Shown: positions 46,920 to 58,427, counted from the first letter of the stretch. The stretch: DNA of 64,000 bases from Alphaproteobacteria bacterium (GCA_965242855.1 OZ251509.1:2513648-2577647); one strand, 5' to 3'. A program made the numbers and translations. The notes: generated by a model not told the origin, from the letters alone.

Positions 46920-48641
46920 ATGAGCGCGAAGTTCGACAAGTCGAAGCTGCCGAGCAGGCATATCACCGAGGGGCCGAAGAGCGCCGCTCACCGGTCGTTC
47001 TTCTATGCGATGGGGGTCTCCCGGCAAGCGATGAGCCGGCCCATCGTGGGCGTCGCGACGACCTGGAACGAAACCGCCCCCTGCAACATCACGCTGCGCC
47101 GGCAGGCGCAGGCGGCGAAGGCGGGGGTCGAGGAAGCCGGTGGCACGCCGCGCGAATTCACCACGATCACCGTGACCGACGGCATCGCCATGGGCCATCA
47201 GGGGATGAAGTCCTCGCTGGTCTCGCGCGACGTGATCGCCGATTCCGTCGAGCTCACCATGCGCGGGCATTCCTACGACGCCCTGGTCGGCATCGCCGGC
47301 TGCGACAAATCGCTGCCGGGCATGATGATGGCGCTGGTGCGGCTCAACGTGCCCGGAGTCTTCCTCTACGGCGGTTCGATCCTGCCCGGCCGTTTCCGCG
47401 GCCGCGACGTGACGGTCATGGACGTCTACGAGTATTACGGCAAGCTCAGCGAGGGTGCGGTCAGCGAGGCCGATCTCGCCGAGCTCGAAGCGGTGGCCTG
47501 CCCCTCCGGCGGCTCCTGCGGCGGCCAGTTCACCGCCAACACCATGGCCTGCGTCTCGGAGGCGATCGGCCTCGCCTTGCCGCATTCGGCGGGAGCGCCC
47601 GCGGTGTACGAATCCCGCGACGAGTTCGCCGTGGCCTCCGGCAACCGCGTCATGGCGCTGATCGAGAACGACATCCGCCCCAGGGACATCGTGACGCGCA
47701 AGGCGCTGGAAAACGCCGCGACGGTGGTGGCCGCCACCGGCGGCTCGACCAACGCGGGGCTCCACCTTCCGGCGATCGCCAGCGAGGCCGGCATCGATTT
47801 CGACCTGTCGGCGGTCGCCGAAGTGTTCGGGCGCACGCCCTATATCGCCGATCTCAAGCCCGGCGGCCGCTACGTCGCCAAGGACCTGTTCGAGGCGGGC
47901 GGCGTGCCGATCGTGCTCAAGGCGCTGCTCGACGGCGGCTACCTGCACGGCGACTGCCTCACCGTCACCGGGCGCACTCTCGCCGAGAATCTGGCCGACG
48001 TGGCGTTCCCACGCGAGCAGGACGTCGTGCTGCCCACCTCGGCGCCGCTCTCGCCGACCGGCGGCGTGGTGGGGTTGAAGGGCAATCTCGCGCCCGAGGG
48101 GGCGATCGTGAAGGTCGCCGGCCTCTCCCGCCTGCGCCACGTGGGCCCCGCCCGCTGCTTCGATAACGAGGAGGAAGCGATGAAGGCCGTGGTCGGGCGC
48201 GATTATCGCTCGGGCGACGTGATCGTGATCCGCTACGAGGGGCCGAAGGGCGGGCCGGGGATGCGCGAGATGCTCGCGGTGACCTCGCAGATCTACGGCC
48301 AGGGCAAAGGCGAGGAGGTCGCGCTGATCACCGACGGGCGCTTCTCGGGCGCAACGCGCGGGTTCTGCATCGGCCATGTCGGGCCGGAGGCCGCGGTCGG
48401 CGGCCCCATTGCGCTGATCCGGGACGGCGACGAGGTGACCATCGACGCGACGCGCGGCGCGCTCGGCGTCGCGGTCTCCGAGGCCGAGCTGGCGAAACGC
48501 CGCAAGAGCTGGAAACCGCGCCCGACGGATTATCAGTCCGGCGTGCTCTGGAAATACGCGGCGACCGTCGGGCCGGCCTATCGGGGCGCCGTGACGCATC
48601 CGGGCGGCGCGGCCGAAACCCACGTTTACGCCGACATATAG
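46920..48641 (+). CDS. ilvD: Dihydroxy-acid dehydratase (IlvD/EDD family, short form)
   Basis: Cysteine Fe-S ligand motifs (CDKSLPG and GGSCGGQFTANTMA) and a length of 573 aa. Confidence 0.82.
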   Translation: MSAKFDKSKLPSRHITEGPKSAAHRSFFYAMGVSRQAMSRPIVGVATTWNETAPCNITLRRQAQAAKAGVEEAGGTPREFTTITVTDGIAMGHQGMKSSLVSRDVIADSVELTMRGHSYDALVGIAGCDKSLPGMMMALVRLNVPGVFLYGGSILPGRFRGRDVTVMDVYEYYGKLSEGAVSEADLAELEAVACPSGGSCGGQFTANTMACVSEAIGLALPHSAGAPAVYESRDEFAVASGNRVMALIENDIRPRDIVTRKALENAATVVAATGGSTNAGLHLPAIASEAGIDFDLSAVAEVFGRTPYIADLKPGGRYVAKDLFEAGGVPIVLKALLDGGYLHGDCLTVTGRTLAENLADVAFPREQDVVLPTSAPLSPTGGVVGLKGNLAPEGAIVKVAGLSRLRHVGPARCFDNEEEAMKAVVGRDYRSGDVIVIRYEGPKGGPGMREMLAVTSQIYGQGKGEEVALITDGRFSGATRGFCIGHVGPEAAVGGPIALIRDGDEVTIDATRGALGVAVSEAELAKRRKSWKPRPTDYQSGVLWKYAATVGPAYRGAVTHPGGAAETHVYADI

Positions 48642-48644
48642 CCC

Positions 48645-49865
48645 GTGGCCATGGCGAAGGAGGAAGACGCGCCGGCGCCTTACCGGGCCGACACCCTGCT
48701 CTCCGTCCTCGGGCGGGACCCGGCGGCCAATCACGGGGTGGTGAACCCGCCCGTCTATCACGCCTCGACGGTCCTCTACGAATCCACCGCCGCGCTTGAA
48801 GCGGCGACGACCGGCCCGCGCGAATACGGGAAGACCTATTACGGGCGGTTCGGCACGCCGACGACGTTCGCCCTGCAAGACGCGCTCGCGGCGCTCGAAC
48901 GCGGACACCGGACGTATCTCTTCGGCTCCGGTAAAGCGGCGATCGTGGCCGCGCTGCTGGCCTTCGCGAAGAGCGGCGACCACGTCCTGATCAGCGACAG
49001 CGCCTACGGCCCGACGCGGGCGCTCGCCCGCGGGCTCCTGGCCCGTATCGGTGTCGAAGCTACGTTCTACGACCCGCGCGCCGGCGCGGGCGTCGCAGAG
49101 GAGATACGGGCCCGCACCAGCGTCGTGTTCGCCGAATCGCCCGGTTCTCTCACCTTCGAGGTCCAGGACCTGCCGGCCCTCGCCGAGGCCGCCCACGCGG
49201 CGGGCGCGGTGCTGATCGTCGACAACACCTGGGCGTCGCCGCTCCTCTGCCAGCCCCTGGCACTGGGGGCCGACGTTTCCATCCAGGCGGCGACCAAATA
49301 CATCGTGGGTCATTCAGACGCCATGCTCGGCGCGGTCACCGCGGCGGAGGCCCGCGTCGAGCCGGTGCGGCGCGTCTTCGAGGAACTCGGCGCCGCGCCC
49401 GGGCCCGACGATTGCTATCTCGCGCTGCGGGGGCTGCGCACCCTCGGCGTGCGGCTGCGCCGGCACGAGGAGACGGGCCGCCGGCTCGCCCGCTGGCTGC
49501 GCGCGCGGCCCGAAGTTCGCCGGGTGCTCCATCCCGCGCTCGAGGACGATCCGGGCCACGCCCTCTGGAAGCGGGATTTCGCGGGCGCCTCGGGCCTGTT
49601 CGGCGTCGTCCTGGAGCCGGCTTCCGAAGCGGCCGTCGCCGCCTTCCTGGACGGTCTTGCGCTCTTCGGACTCGGCTATTCGTGGGGTGGCTACGAAAGT
49701 CTCGCCCTGCCGACCCATCCCCACCGCATCCGCGACGCGACGGCCTGGGACCCGTCCTGCCCCACGCTCCGCCTGCACGCCGGCCTGGAGGACGCGGAGG
49801 ACCTCGTCGCCGACCTCGACCGGGGCTTCGCCCGCATGGCCCGGACGCACGCCGGCGGCGCTTGA
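48645..49865 (+). CDS. metC: PLP-dependent Cys/Met-metabolism enzyme, probably cystathionine beta-lyase
   Basis: PLP-lysine region ([14 protein letters not shown]) with family-level similarity. Confidence 0.7.
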   Translation: MAMAKEEDAPAPYRADTLLSVLGRDPAANHGVVNPPVYHASTVLYESTAALEAATTGPREYGKTYYGRFGTPTTFALQDALAALERGHRTYLFGSGKAAIVAALLAFAKSGDHVLISDSAYGPTRALARGLLARIGVEATFYDPRAGAGVAEEIRARTSVVFAESPGSLTFEVQDLPALAEAAHAAGAVLIVDNTWASPLLCQPLALGADVSIQAATKYIVGHSDAMLGAVTAAEARVEPVRRVFEELGAAPGPDDCYLALRGLRTLGVRLRRHEETGRRLARWLRARPEVRRVLHPALEDDPGHALWKRDFAGASGLFGVVLEPASEAAVAAFLDGLALFGLGYSWGGYESLALPTHPHRIRDATAWDPSCPTLRLHAGLEDAEDLVADLDRGFARMARTHAGGA

Positions 49866-49910
49866 AAACACCCCCGCGCAGGCCTGGAGATCCGCGCACC
49901 GTGGCGGTTC

Positions 49911-49992
49911 CATTGACAGCGAGCGGGCGGCTGCTGTAGAGGATCGTCGCCTGTGGCCACGGGCGACGCGCGGCGGGAGCCGGGGGCGAGAC
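49911..49992 (+). promoter_or_regulatory. Putative rpmH promoter and leader hairpin
   Basis: A TTGACA at 49911 is followed after 16-18 nt by TGTAGAGGAT. It is followed by a hairpin CGTCGCC-TGTGGCCAC-GGCGACG before the GTG start. Confidence 0.3.
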
Positions 49993-50127
49993 GTGAAACG
50001 GACCTATCAGCCGAGCAACATCGTCCGCAAGAGGCGGCACGGCTTCCGGCAGCGCATGAAGAGCGTCGCCGGCCGCCGCGTGCTGGCGCGGCGGCGCGCC
50101 AAGGGGCGCAAGCGTCTGACGGTCTAG
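49993..50127 (+). CDS. rpmH: 50S ribosomal protein L34
   Basis: GTG start giving [44 protein letters not shown]. Confidence 0.88.
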   Translation: MKRTYQPSNIVRKRRHGFRQRMKSVAGRRVLARRRAKGRKRLTV

Positions 50128-50138
50128 GGGCGGTGCCG

Positions 50139-50510
50139 ATGCGCATCGCCATCCTCAAGAAGCGGCGGGACTTCCTGCGGGTGCGCGCGGCGCGCCGCCG
50201 CTGGGCGGCGCCGGGGCTGGTCCTCCAGGCGGCGCCCGCGGCGGAGGCCGAGCCCGGGCGCGTCCGCGTCGGCTATACGGCCAGCAAGAAGATCGGCAAC
50301 GCGCCGGCGCGCAACCGCGCCAAGCGCCGATTGCGCGCGGCGGTGGCCCATGTTATGCCGGAACGTGCGCGGCAGGATCGCGACTATGTGGTCATCGCGC
50401 GTGTCGCCACGTTGACCCGACCGTTCGACGCACTGATCGGCGATCTGGTCGCCTCCCTCGCGCGAGTCGACGCGAAAGCGGGCGGACGACGGCGCGCGGA
50501 GCGCGTTTGA
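50139..50510 (+). CDS. rnpA: Ribonuclease P protein component
   Basis: [10 protein letters not shown] motif and a basic composition. The gene sits in the classic rpmH-rnpA-yidD-yidC order. Confidence 0.8.
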   Translation: MRIAILKKRRDFLRVRAARRRWAAPGLVLQAAPAAEAEPGRVRVGYTASKKIGNAPARNRAKRRLRAAVAHVMPERARQDRDYVVIARVATLTRPFDALIGDLVASLARVDAKAGGRRRAERV

Positions 50511-50523
50511 GGACCGGAGAAGC

Positions 50524-50784
50524 ATGAAACCGATCGCGTCGCTGACCGTCGGCTTGATTCGCGGCTACCAACTGTTCGTCTCACCCTTCCTGCCGCCGGG
50601 CTGCCGGTTCGAGCCGACCTGTTCGCACTACGCCGCGACCGCGGTGCGGCGCCATGGCGCGCTCGTGGGTCTCGCCTTCGCTGCCTGGCGCATCGCCCGC
50701 TGCAACCCGTTCTTTTCCGGCGGCGTGGATCCCGTTCCCGACCGGCCGTTCCGACGCCCGCGGAACGGCCCCGCCCTCCCCTGA
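50524..50784 (+). CDS. yidD: Membrane protein insertion efficiency factor YidD
   Basis: [23 protein letters not shown] motif. Confidence 0.88.
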   Translation: MKPIASLTVGLIRGYQLFVSPFLPPGCRFEPTCSHYAATAVRRHGALVGLAFAAWRIARCNPFFSGGVDPVPDRPFRRPRNGPALP

Positions 50785-50799
50785 ACGCGCGAACGGCGC

Positions 50800-53265
50800 A
50801 TGTTCGGCGAAGACAAACGCAATCTCATCATCGCGATCGCCGCGATCTTCGTGATCCTGGTGGGCTGGCAGTTCCTGATGCCGGTGCTGTTCCCGCCCGC
50901 CGAGCGGACGGCGCGCGTCGCCGAAGCGCCGGCCCTGGACGCGCTCCCGGCGGAGCGGGTCACGGTCGAAGTCGTGGCGGGCGACGGGCCGGGAGCACCC
51001 ACCCAAGCCCGGCAAGCCGGCATCGGCAGCCCGCGGGTCGCGATCGACTCGCCGCGCATCCGGGGCTCGATCTCCCGGCTCGGCGGGCGGATCGATTCGG
51101 TCACGCTGCGAGACTATCACGAGACCGCCGCCGAGGAGAGTCCGGAGATCGTCCTGCTCTCGCCACGCGACGCGGCGCGGCCCTACTTCGCCGATTTCGG
51201 CTGGGCGAGCACCGGCGACGACATCGCGCTCCCCCGCGCCGACACCCTGTGGGAAGCCGACCGCGTCGTCATCGACGCCGGGAGGCCGGTCACCCTGCGT
51301 TGGAACAACGGCGCCGGACTGTCGTTCACGCGCCGCATCGCGATCGACGACGGGTTCGTCTTCACCGTGACCCAGTCGGTCCGCAACGAGACCGACGCGC
51401 CGCTCACGCTCGTTCCGTTCTCGCGCATCGCGCGGTTCAGCACCTCGTCTGAATCGATGCTGCCCTTCAAGCCGCTCTTCCTCTTCCAGGACGGCGCCCT
51501 CGGCGTGTTCGGCGGGGATTACCACGAGGCCGACTACGAGGACATGCTGGACGCCTACGACGCCTTGGGGCGCAACCCCCGCGCGCTCGACGAATACCGC
51601 TACCGGGCCTCCGGCGGCTGGCTCGGGATGACCGACAAATACTGGCTGGTGGCGCTGATCCCGGACCAGGAGACGCCGTTCCAGGGCAGCTTCGAATACG
51701 TCCCCGTGGACGACGGCGAGACCGATTCCTTCCAGACCATCTACGAGGCGGCGCCGTTCACGGTGAATCCGGGCCAGACGGTCTCGCTCACCTCGCACCT
51801 CTTCGCCGGCGCCAAGGAGATCAACCTCCTCGACCGCTACGAGGAGACGCTGGGCGCGGAACGCCTGGACTTGGCCGTGGATTTCGGGCCGACGTGGTTC
51901 CTCTCGAAGCCGCTGTTCTACGTCATCGACTTCTTCAACCGGGCGACGGGGAACTTCGGCGTCGCCATCCTGCTGCTCACGATCTGCGTGCGCGTGCTGC
52001 TGTTCCCGCTGGCCAACAAGGCCTACGCCTCCATGAGCCGGATGCGGAAATTGCAGCCGGAGATGATCCGTCTGCGCGAGCGTTTCAAGGACGACAAGCA
52101 GCGGATGAACAGCGAGCTGATGAAGCTCTACCGCGAGCAGAAGGCGAACCCGGTCGCCGGCTGCCTGCCGCTGCTGGCCCAGATCCCGGTGTTCTTCGCG
52201 CTCTACTACATGCTGTTCGTCACCATCGAAATGCGCCACGCGCCGTTCTTCGGCTGGATCGATGATCTTTCGGCGCCCGATCCGATGACCTTCATCACCG
52301 GTTTCGGCCTGCTGGAGTGGCCGGCGCCGGAATTCCTGCTGATCGGCATCTGGCCGCTCCTCTTCGGCGCCACGATGTGGCTCCAGATGAAGCTCAACCC
52401 GCAGCCGATGGAGCCGATCCAGCAGAAGATCCTGATGGCCCTGCCCATCGTGTTCCTGTTCCTGTTCGCGCGGTTCCCGGCCGGGCTGGTGGTGTACTGG
52501 ACCTGGAACAACGTGCTCTCCATCGGCCAGCAATGGCTGATCATGCGCCGCATGGGCATCACCCGGCAGAGCCTCGCCGAGGACGCCGAGAAGATCCGCA
52601 AGATCAAGGAGGCAGCCGAAAAGGGCACGCTGGTCAAGCCGAGCCGCTCGCCCCGGAAGGAGCGCGCGCGCGCGGGCGAGCCCGACACCGCGCCGCGCCG
52701 TGCCCGCAAGCCGGCCGCGCGCCGCAAGACCGCCGCACCGGAGCCGGACGCTGCCGCCCGCGCGCCGACGAGCGAACGGAAGGGCCCGCGCCGCGCCGCT
52801 GCGGCGGGCGGCGGCGCGCGACGCGAGAGGACCAGCGCCAAGCGCACGGCGGCGGCGCGCGACGAGGCGGCCGATGCCGCGCGCGGGCCGGCGAAGCGCA
52901 AGGCGCCCGCGCACCGCAAGCCCGCGCCGCGAAAACCGGCCGCCGCGCCCCGCGGGCGAAAGCCCGGGACCCGGCGCAAGGCGGCTCCGCCGGGCGCGGC
53001 GCAGGTGAGCCTGCTCGAGCGCGTGAAGGCCGGCTTCGGCGGGAGCACTCCCCCGCCGAAGCCGGAACCGAAGGAACCGCCCCGGAAATCGCGCAGGCAA
53101 CGCAAGGCAGAGCGCGCCGCCGCGCAGGCCGAAGGAGCCGGCGAGAGCGCGACGGCGGAACGGGACGCCCCCCGGGACGAACACACCGACGACGGCGAAT
53201 GGGCGGGACAGAGATCGGCCGGGCCGAGGCGGACGAAGGCGCGGAAGCGCGCGAGGCCGCGCTAG
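50800..53265 (+). CDS. yidC: Membrane protein insertase YidC with a long basic C-terminal tail
   Basis: N-terminal transmembrane helix, periplasmic domain, and the conserved 60-kDa-IMP core ([26 protein letters not shown]). The last roughly 230 aa are R/K/A/P-rich and low in complexity. Confidence 0.85.
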   Translation: MFGEDKRNLIIAIAAIFVILVGWQFLMPVLFPPAERTARVAEAPALDALPAERVTVEVVAGDGPGAPTQARQAGIGSPRVAIDSPRIRGSISRLGGRIDSVTLRDYHETAAEESPEIVLLSPRDAARPYFADFGWASTGDDIALPRADTLWEADRVVIDAGRPVTLRWNNGAGLSFTRRIAIDDGFVFTVTQSVRNETDAPLTLVPFSRIARFSTSSESMLPFKPLFLFQDGALGVFGGDYHEADYEDMLDAYDALGRNPRALDEYRYRASGGWLGMTDKYWLVALIPDQETPFQGSFEYVPVDDGETDSFQTIYEAAPFTVNPGQTVSLTSHLFAGAKEINLLDRYEETLGAERLDLAVDFGPTWFLSKPLFYVIDFFNRATGNFGVAILLLTICVRVLLFPLANKAYASMSRMRKLQPEMIRLRERFKDDKQRMNSELMKLYREQKANPVAGCLPLLAQIPVFFALYYMLFVTIEMRHAPFFGWIDDLSAPDPMTFITGFGLLEWPAPEFLLIGIWPLLFGATMWLQMKLNPQPMEPIQQKILMALPIVFLFLFARFPAGLVVYWTWNNVLSIGQQWLIMRRMGITRQSLAEDAEKIRKIKEAAEKGTLVKPSRSPRKERARAGEPDTAPRRARKPAARRKTAAPEPDAAARAPTSERKGPRRAAAAGGGARRERTSAKRTAAARDEAADAARGPAKRKAPAHRKPAPRKPAAAPRGRKPGTRRKAAPPGAAQVSLLERVKAGFGGSTPPPKPEPKEPPRKSRRQRKAERAAAQAEGAGESATAERDAPRDEHTDDGEWAGQRSAGPRRTKARKRARPR

Positions 53266-53885
53266 AAGCCGGGCGCCGGCTGTTCGCCCAGCCCTGCCGC
53301 TTCGTTTCAGGCGCCGCCGTCCTCGCCGCACTGCCCGCGCCCGCCCTGCCGGAAATCGCCTTCGCCGGGCGCTCCAACGTGGGCAAGTCGAGCCTCGTCA
53401 ACGCCCTCACCGGCCGTCGCGCACTCGCCCGCATCTCGAACACGCCGGGACGCACGCGGGAGCTGAATTTCTTCGACCTGGCCGGCCGCCTGATGCTCGT
53501 GGACCTGCCGGGCTACGGCTACGCCGCCGCATCCAAGCGGAAGGTCGCCGCGTGGACCCGCCTCGCGGACGCCTATCTCCGCGGCCGGCCGACTCTGAGA
53601 CGGGTCTGCCTGCTGCTCGACGCGCGGCGGGGCATCGCGGAGGCGGACGCGCCGCTCATGGCCGCGTTCGACCGGAACGCCGTGCCCTTCCTCGCCGTGC
53701 TCACCAAATGCGACAAGCTGGAGCCGGCGGCGCTGGCGGCCACGGCGGAGGTGCTGGAAGCGGCGCTCGCCAAGCACGTCGCCGCCTATCCTTCGCTGAT
53801 CGCCACCAGCGCCCGCACCGGCACGGGCGTAGCCCAACTCAGGGCCCATCTCGCGGCGCTGGCCAAGGCCGAGGGAATCGGTTAG
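53199..53885 (+). CDS. engB: Ribosome biogenesis GTP-binding protein YihA/EngB
   Basis: G1 motif [10 protein letters not shown] and G4 motif TKCDKL. The ATG at 53199 overlaps the 3' tail of yidC in another frame. Confidence 0.78.
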   Translation: MGGTEIGRAEADEGAEAREAALEAGRRLFAQPCRFVSGAAVLAALPAPALPEIAFAGRSNVGKSSLVNALTGRRALARISNTPGRTRELNFFDLAGRLMLVDLPGYGYAAASKRKVAAWTRLADAYLRGRPTLRRVCLLLDARRGIAEADAPLMAAFDRNAVPFLAVLTKCDKLEPAALAATAEVLEAALAKHVAAYPSLIATSARTGTGVAQLRAHLAALAKAEGIG

Positions 53886-53947
53886 TGATCCGCCGCCGGC
53901 GGGCGCGAGACTCCGCCGGGCAGGCGCCTCCCCGAGCGATCCGGCAC

Positions 53948-54850
53948 ATGCCGAACATCGGCGACACCAAGCACTGGCTGCGCACGGCGGCCACGATCTC
54001 CGAGGCGCTGCCCTACATGCGGCGCTTCGCGGGCCGGAGCTTCGTCATCAAATACGGCGGCCACGCCATGGGCGATTCGGCGCTCGCCCACGGTTTCGCA
54101 CGCGACGTGGTGCTGCTGAAGCAGGTCGGCATCAATCCCGTCGTGGTGCATGGCGGCGGCCCGCAGATCGCCCGCATGCTGTCGAAGCTCGACATCGAGA
54201 GCGATTTCGTCGACGGCCTGCGGGTGACGGACGAAGCGACGGTCGAGGTCGTTGAAATGGTGTTGGCCGGCAGCATCAACAAGCGCATCGTCACGACGAT
54301 CAACGAGGTGGGCGGCACGGCGGTCGGCCTCAGCGGCAAGGACGGCAGGCTCATCGAGGCGACCCGGCTCGCGCGCCGGACGCGGGATCCGGAGACCGGC
54401 GGCGAGCGGACGGTCGATCTCGGTTTCGTCGGCGAGCCCAGGCGCGTCAACGTCGATCTGCTGAATCATTTCTGCGCGTCCGACATCATCCCCGTCGTCG
54501 CACCGACAGGCGTGGGCGCGGACGGCGAGACCTACAACATCAACGCCGACACGGCCGCCGGCGCCATCGCCGCCGCGCTTTCGGCCGCCAAGCTTCTCCT
54601 GCTGACCGACGTGGCCGGCGTGCTTGACGAATCGGGCACGCTCATCAGCCGCATGACCGCGGACGAGGCGCGCGCCCTCCTGGCCAGCGGGGCGGTCGGC
54701 GGCGGCATGATCCCGAAGCTCGAGACCTGCCTCGCGGCGCTCGAGCACTCGACGGCCGCCGCCCACGTCCTGGACGGCCGCGTGCCGCACGTGCTCCTGC
54801 TCGAAGTGTTCACCGAACACGGCACCGGCACCATGATCGTGCCGGCGTAA
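53948..54850 (+). CDS. argB: Acetylglutamate kinase
   Basis: VIKYGGHAM and [10 protein letters not shown] motifs. Confidence 0.9.
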   Translation: MPNIGDTKHWLRTAATISEALPYMRRFAGRSFVIKYGGHAMGDSALAHGFARDVVLLKQVGINPVVVHGGGPQIARMLSKLDIESDFVDGLRVTDEATVEVVEMVLAGSINKRIVTTINEVGGTAVGLSGKDGRLIEATRLARRTRDPETGGERTVDLGFVGEPRRVNVDLLNHFCASDIIPVVAPTGVGADGETYNINADTAAGAIAAALSAAKLLLLTDVAGVLDESGTLISRMTADEARALLASGAVGGGMIPKLETCLAALEHSTAAAHVLDGRVPHVLLLEVFTEHGTGTMIVPA

Positions 54851-54880
54851 GGCCCGCGCGCGGCTCCGCACAGGCGGGCG

Positions 54881-55327
54881 TCACAGTCCGGTCCGCCGCC
54901 CGCCTTCTTGCGGGCTTCCGTGAATACCGCTCACGACAGACGCTCTCTGCCTGAGTCGGGTGGAAATCCGACGAACGAGATCGTCCTTGGGAGGCAATCT
55001 CGTATTCGTCATCCCCAGGTTCCTGGCCAAAATCGCCAGTTCTTTCTTGACCGTCATGCGCCGGAGCTCGCTTTCGATCTGTTCGCCGCCTTTGGCTCGC
55101 TCCGTCAATCGATCGACCATGCGCCGCGCGGCGGTTTCATCCATGGGGGAGCTGCGGTCGGTCTTCGTGGTTTGCCTGGACGGCGGCAGTGCCGCCTTCA
55201 CACGCCTTTCGATCCGCGACACCTGCCGGGACAGCTCACGCAGAACGTTCCTGAATTCCGATATTTCAAGCGCGAGAAGCTCCAGTTCATCCGCATTTTC
55301 AGCACGCATGTCTTCATCGATGTTCAC
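54881..55327 (-). CDS. Hypothetical protein (148 aa, predicted coiled coil)
   Basis: The ORF lies in a low-GC patch. Its GTG start overlaps the stop of the upstream small ORF (GTGA). No recognisable motif was found. Confidence 0.4.
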   Translation of the reverse strand: MNIDEDMRAENADELELLALEISEFRNVLRELSRQVSRIERRVKAALPPSRQTTKTDRSSPMDETAARRMVDRLTERAKGGEQIESELRRMTVKKELAILARNLGMTNTRLPPKDDLVRRISTRLRQRASVVSGIHGSPQEGGRRTGL

Positions 55328-55635
55328 AGCACCCCCCTCGCTTCACTCCAAAGTGACTTGAAGCTCTGTTCAAGTTCCAATGGCGTACTTTGATTGGTTA
55401 TTGCGTCGCGCAGGGAAGCACGGTCGGGAATCCACGTGTCCATGAAGTGAATATGTAGATTGTGATCCTTACTCGCCTGTTCACACGCCAATCGAACGTC
55501 GTTTATCCAGCCCTGTGCTACCCGCGTAGGCCGACCGCCATCGTCTTCATCACCGAACGCTAACCCTTCTCGCCCAGGGGATGTCCCCGTCGCGCCCATG
55601 CGGAAGAGCATTGGTACTTCTGTACAGGACGTCAT
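55324..55635 (-). CDS. Hypothetical protein (103 aa)
   Basis: The ORF lies in a low-GC patch and is translationally coupled to the downstream 148-aa ORF. Confidence 0.4.
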   Translation of the reverse strand: MTSCTEVPMLFRMGATGTSPGREGLAFGDEDDGGRPTRVAQGWINDVRLACEQASKDHNLHIHFMDTWIPDRASLRDAITNQSTPLELEQSFKSLWSEARGVL

Positions 55636-55819
55636 CGCAGGCGAAGCATGGCGGGTAGGGTGTCACACATACGGCCGCTTGTGGAGCGGTGGTCGCGCGT
55701 TGACGTCGGCACCATCCGCCTCCGGCTTGGCAGCGCCGCCAAGCGGGCGTCGGAGGAGACCGGGTATTCGGCTGACTGCTGGCTGCGGATCGTGCTCAGC
55801 CTCAATATGCTTCAGGCTC

Positions 55820-56563
55820 TCAGAGGCCGAGATAGGTGGCCTTTACCGCCGGGTTGTCCTGGAGTTCCGCCGCCGTGCCTTCGAGGCCGATGCGGCCATT
55901 CTCCAGGATGTAGCCGTAGCCGGCCGTGGCGAGGGCCATGTTGGCGTTCTGCTCGGCAAGGAGGACAGTCACCCCCTCCTCTTCATTGAGCCGCCGGACC
56001 GTCTCGAAAATACGGGCCACGACCTGGGGCGCGAGACCCATCGACGGCTCGTCCAGGAGCATCATGGCCGGCCGCGACATCAGCGCCCGCCCGATAGCGA
56101 GCATCTGCTGCTCGCCGCCGGAGATGAACCCGGCCTGGAGCCGGCGCCGGTCGGCGAGCGAGGGGAAGTGGGCGTAAACCCGTTCGAGGTCGTCGCGCAC
56201 CCGCGCTTTGCCGTCCGTCCTGGTGTGGGCGCCGGTCAGCAGGTTCTCGTGCACCGTGAGATGGGCGAAGCAGCGGCGCCCTTCCATGACCTGGACGATG
56301 CCGCGCCTCACCAGAGCCGACGGCGCCAACCGGTCGATGCGCTCTTCCCGGAAACGGATCGTGCCCGCGGTGACATCGCCCCGCTCCACCCGCAGCAGGT
56401 TGGAGATCGCCTTCAGCGTGGTGGTCTTGCCGGCGCCGTTCGGCCCGAGGAGGGCGACGATGGCTCCCTCGGGCACGGCGACGGTGACGCCGCGCAGGAC
56501 GGAGATCACATGGTCGTAGACGACCTCGACCCCGTCCAGTCGGAGGAGCGTCGGGACGGTCAC
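55820..56563 (-). CDS. livF: Branched-chain amino-acid ABC transporter ATP-binding protein (LivF-like)
   Basis: Walker A GPNGAGKTT and signature ISGGEQQML. The GTG start overlaps the stop of the substrate-binding protein gene (ATGTGA). Confidence 0.8.
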   Translation of the reverse strand: MTVPTLLRLDGVEVVYDHVISVLRGVTVAVPEGAIVALLGPNGAGKTTTLKAISNLLRVERGDVTAGTIRFREERIDRLAPSALVRRGIVQVMEGRRCFAHLTVHENLLTGAHTRTDGKARVRDDLERVYAHFPSLADRRRLQAGFISGGEQQMLAIGRALMSRPAMMLLDEPSMGLAPQVVARIFETVRRLNEEEGVTVLLAEQNANMALATAGYGYILENGRIGLEGTAAELQDNPAVKATYLGL

Positions 56564-57927
56564 ATCTCCTTCGCGCAGTCGCGCGGCGTGATGCCGTTCT
56601 CTTCCGCGAACTTGGCGGCCGCCGCCTCGATCATCGGGCGCACGACGTCGCGCATGGGCGCGATCCAGTCGCTGACGACGTTCCAGGCGCCGCCGTCCCA
56701 CTGCTGGATGATCACCGGCCCGCTGCCCTCGTGATCCTCGCAGGTGACCTTGATCGGCTTGGTGAAGCCGGCGAGGCCCAGTTCCGCGAGCCGCTCTTCC
56801 GTCAGATCGAGGTTCTCGAGGCCCCAGCGGACTTCCACGCCCGTCAGCGACCGGTTGCCGTATTTGCCCATGGCCGTGCGGATCGCCTCGACGTTCAGAA
56901 CGGCCTGGAAGACACCGCGATTGTAGAGGACCTCGCCGAAATTGTTCTCGGCCGCGGCTGCGCTGTCGCCGCCGTAAAGGTGCTGGAGGATGTCGTCGTG
57001 GAGGGAGAATCCCGCGCCCGGCGAGTGGAACGACGCGCCCTTGTAGCCCTTGGCGTCTTCGCCCGTCGGCACGACGTCCGATTCGCTCGCCGACCACCAG
57101 ACGCCAATCAGGCGGTCCATCTGATAGCCGATTCCGGCGGCCTCCTTGATCGCGACCTGGTTCATCACGCCCCAGCCCCAGAGGAACGTCCAGTCGGGCT
57201 TGAGCCTGCGGATCTGCAACCATGTCGCCTTCTGCTCCTGGCCCGGATGGTCGACCGGCAGCAGCTCCAGGGCATAGCCGTATTTCTCCGCCAGCACCTG
57301 GAGGACGGGGATCGGCTCCTTGCCGTAGGGGCTGTTGTGATAGACGAGGGCGATGGTCTGGCCCTGGAGCTTGTCCATGCCGCCCGACTGCGCACCGACA
57401 TATTTGATGAAGGCCGAGGCTTGGCTCCAGTAGGAGGTGGGGTAGGTGAAGGTCCACGGGAACACGCGCCCGTCGGACGCCGCCGTCTGCCCGTAGCCCA
57501 TCGAGTGCACGGGAACCTCGTCCACCGGCGCCCTGGGATTGAGCTGGTAGGTCACCCCGGTCGAGAGGGGATTGACCACCGATGCCCCCGTGGGCCCCTT
57601 GTTCTTGAGCCGCTCGTAGCACTCGACGCCCGCCTTGGTGTCATAGCGGAACTCGCATTCCTCGAAGGTGAGCACGACGCCATTGATGCCGCCGTCCCGT
57701 TCGTTGACCAGCTTGTAGTAGTCCAGGGCGCCGTTCGCCGCCGGGATGCCGTTCGGGGCGTAGGGCCCCGTCCGGTAGACGAGCAGCGGGATGAACTGCT
57801 CGTCGGCCGCGCGGGCCTCGCTACCCGCGAGCCCGGCCGTCGCCGCCGCCGCGGCGAGGCCGCCGGCGACGAGCGCCGCGGCGAGCGCGCCGTTGATACC
57901 GTGACGAAGACTCCTCCTGAACGCCAT
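56560..57927 (-). CDS. ABC transporter substrate-binding protein (PBP type I, Liv/amide family)
   Basis: The ATG at 57927 gives MAFRRSLRHG followed by a signal peptide and a periplasmic-binding-protein fold. Confidence 0.78.
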   Translation of the reverse strand: MAFRRSLRHGINGALAAALVAGGLAAAAATAGLAGSEARAADEQFIPLLVYRTGPYAPNGIPAANGALDYYKLVNERDGGINGVVLTFEECEFRYDTKAGVECYERLKNKGPTGASVVNPLSTGVTYQLNPRAPVDEVPVHSMGYGQTAASDGRVFPWTFTYPTSYWSQASAFIKYVGAQSGGMDKLQGQTIALVYHNSPYGKEPIPVLQVLAEKYGYALELLPVDHPGQEQKATWLQIRRLKPDWTFLWGWGVMNQVAIKEAAGIGYQMDRLIGVWWSASESDVVPTGEDAKGYKGASFHSPGAGFSLHDDILQHLYGGDSAAAAENNFGEVLYNRGVFQAVLNVEAIRTAMGKYGNRSLTGVEVRWGLENLDLTEERLAELGLAGFTKPIKVTCEDHEGSGPVIIQQWDGGAWNVVSDWIAPMRDVVRPMIEAAAAKFAEENGITPRDCAKEM

Positions 57928-58040
57928 GTCCGTCCTCCCGTCATGCAGCCGCGCCGGCAAGGCGCGCGCCGCTCTCTCTTCCCCCGAGCCTAGCACGGCG
58001 CGCCGCCCTCGGTCACACCGAATCGGAGCGCCGGGATAAC

Positions 58041-58304
58041 TTACGGCTCGGTCTTGCGCGGGGCTGAACGGAGGCGGTCGAAATCGGCGTCTTCACCCAT
58101 ATCCGGCATGGCGAGCAGGTGATCGACGAAGCCGGCACCCTCCTCCGACAATTCCCAGACGCCGCGCGGCGAATCGTCCCGGAGGTAGCCTTCCTCCTTC
58201 AAAGCGTTCCGTTCAAAGCAAACGAGGTTCCACCATCGCGGCTGGCCCGAATTCACGGACCCCAGATCGACAGGAGGCAGACGGGGCTCCATACGCTTCT
58301 CCAT
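58041..58304 (-). CDS. Small hypothetical protein, possibly a winged-helix (Mrr_N-like) protein
   Basis: An 87-aa ORF in the 500-nt gap between livM and the substrate-binding protein gene. It carries a weak wH-like segment (NALKEEGYLRDDSPRGVWELSEEG). Confidence 0.3.
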   Translation of the reverse strand: MEKRMEPRLPPVDLGSVNSGQPRWWNLVCFERNALKEEGYLRDDSPRGVWELSEEGAGFVDHLLAMPDMGEDADFDRLRSAPRKTEP

Positions 58305-58427
58305 GGCCGAGCGCAGATCGCGAACATGCGCCCTCCCCCCATGTCGCGGAGAACCTCCAGGAGGGGTCGGCGGTATTCCTTCTGAAGAAGCCTGCCCCGT
58401 GGAAGTCCAGCCGAAACCGTGTACACC

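Noticed and set aside
46110-49313. 1067-aa minus-strand ORF across valS, ilvD and the metC-like gene
   Set aside because: It is antisense to three strongly conserved genes and low in complexity.
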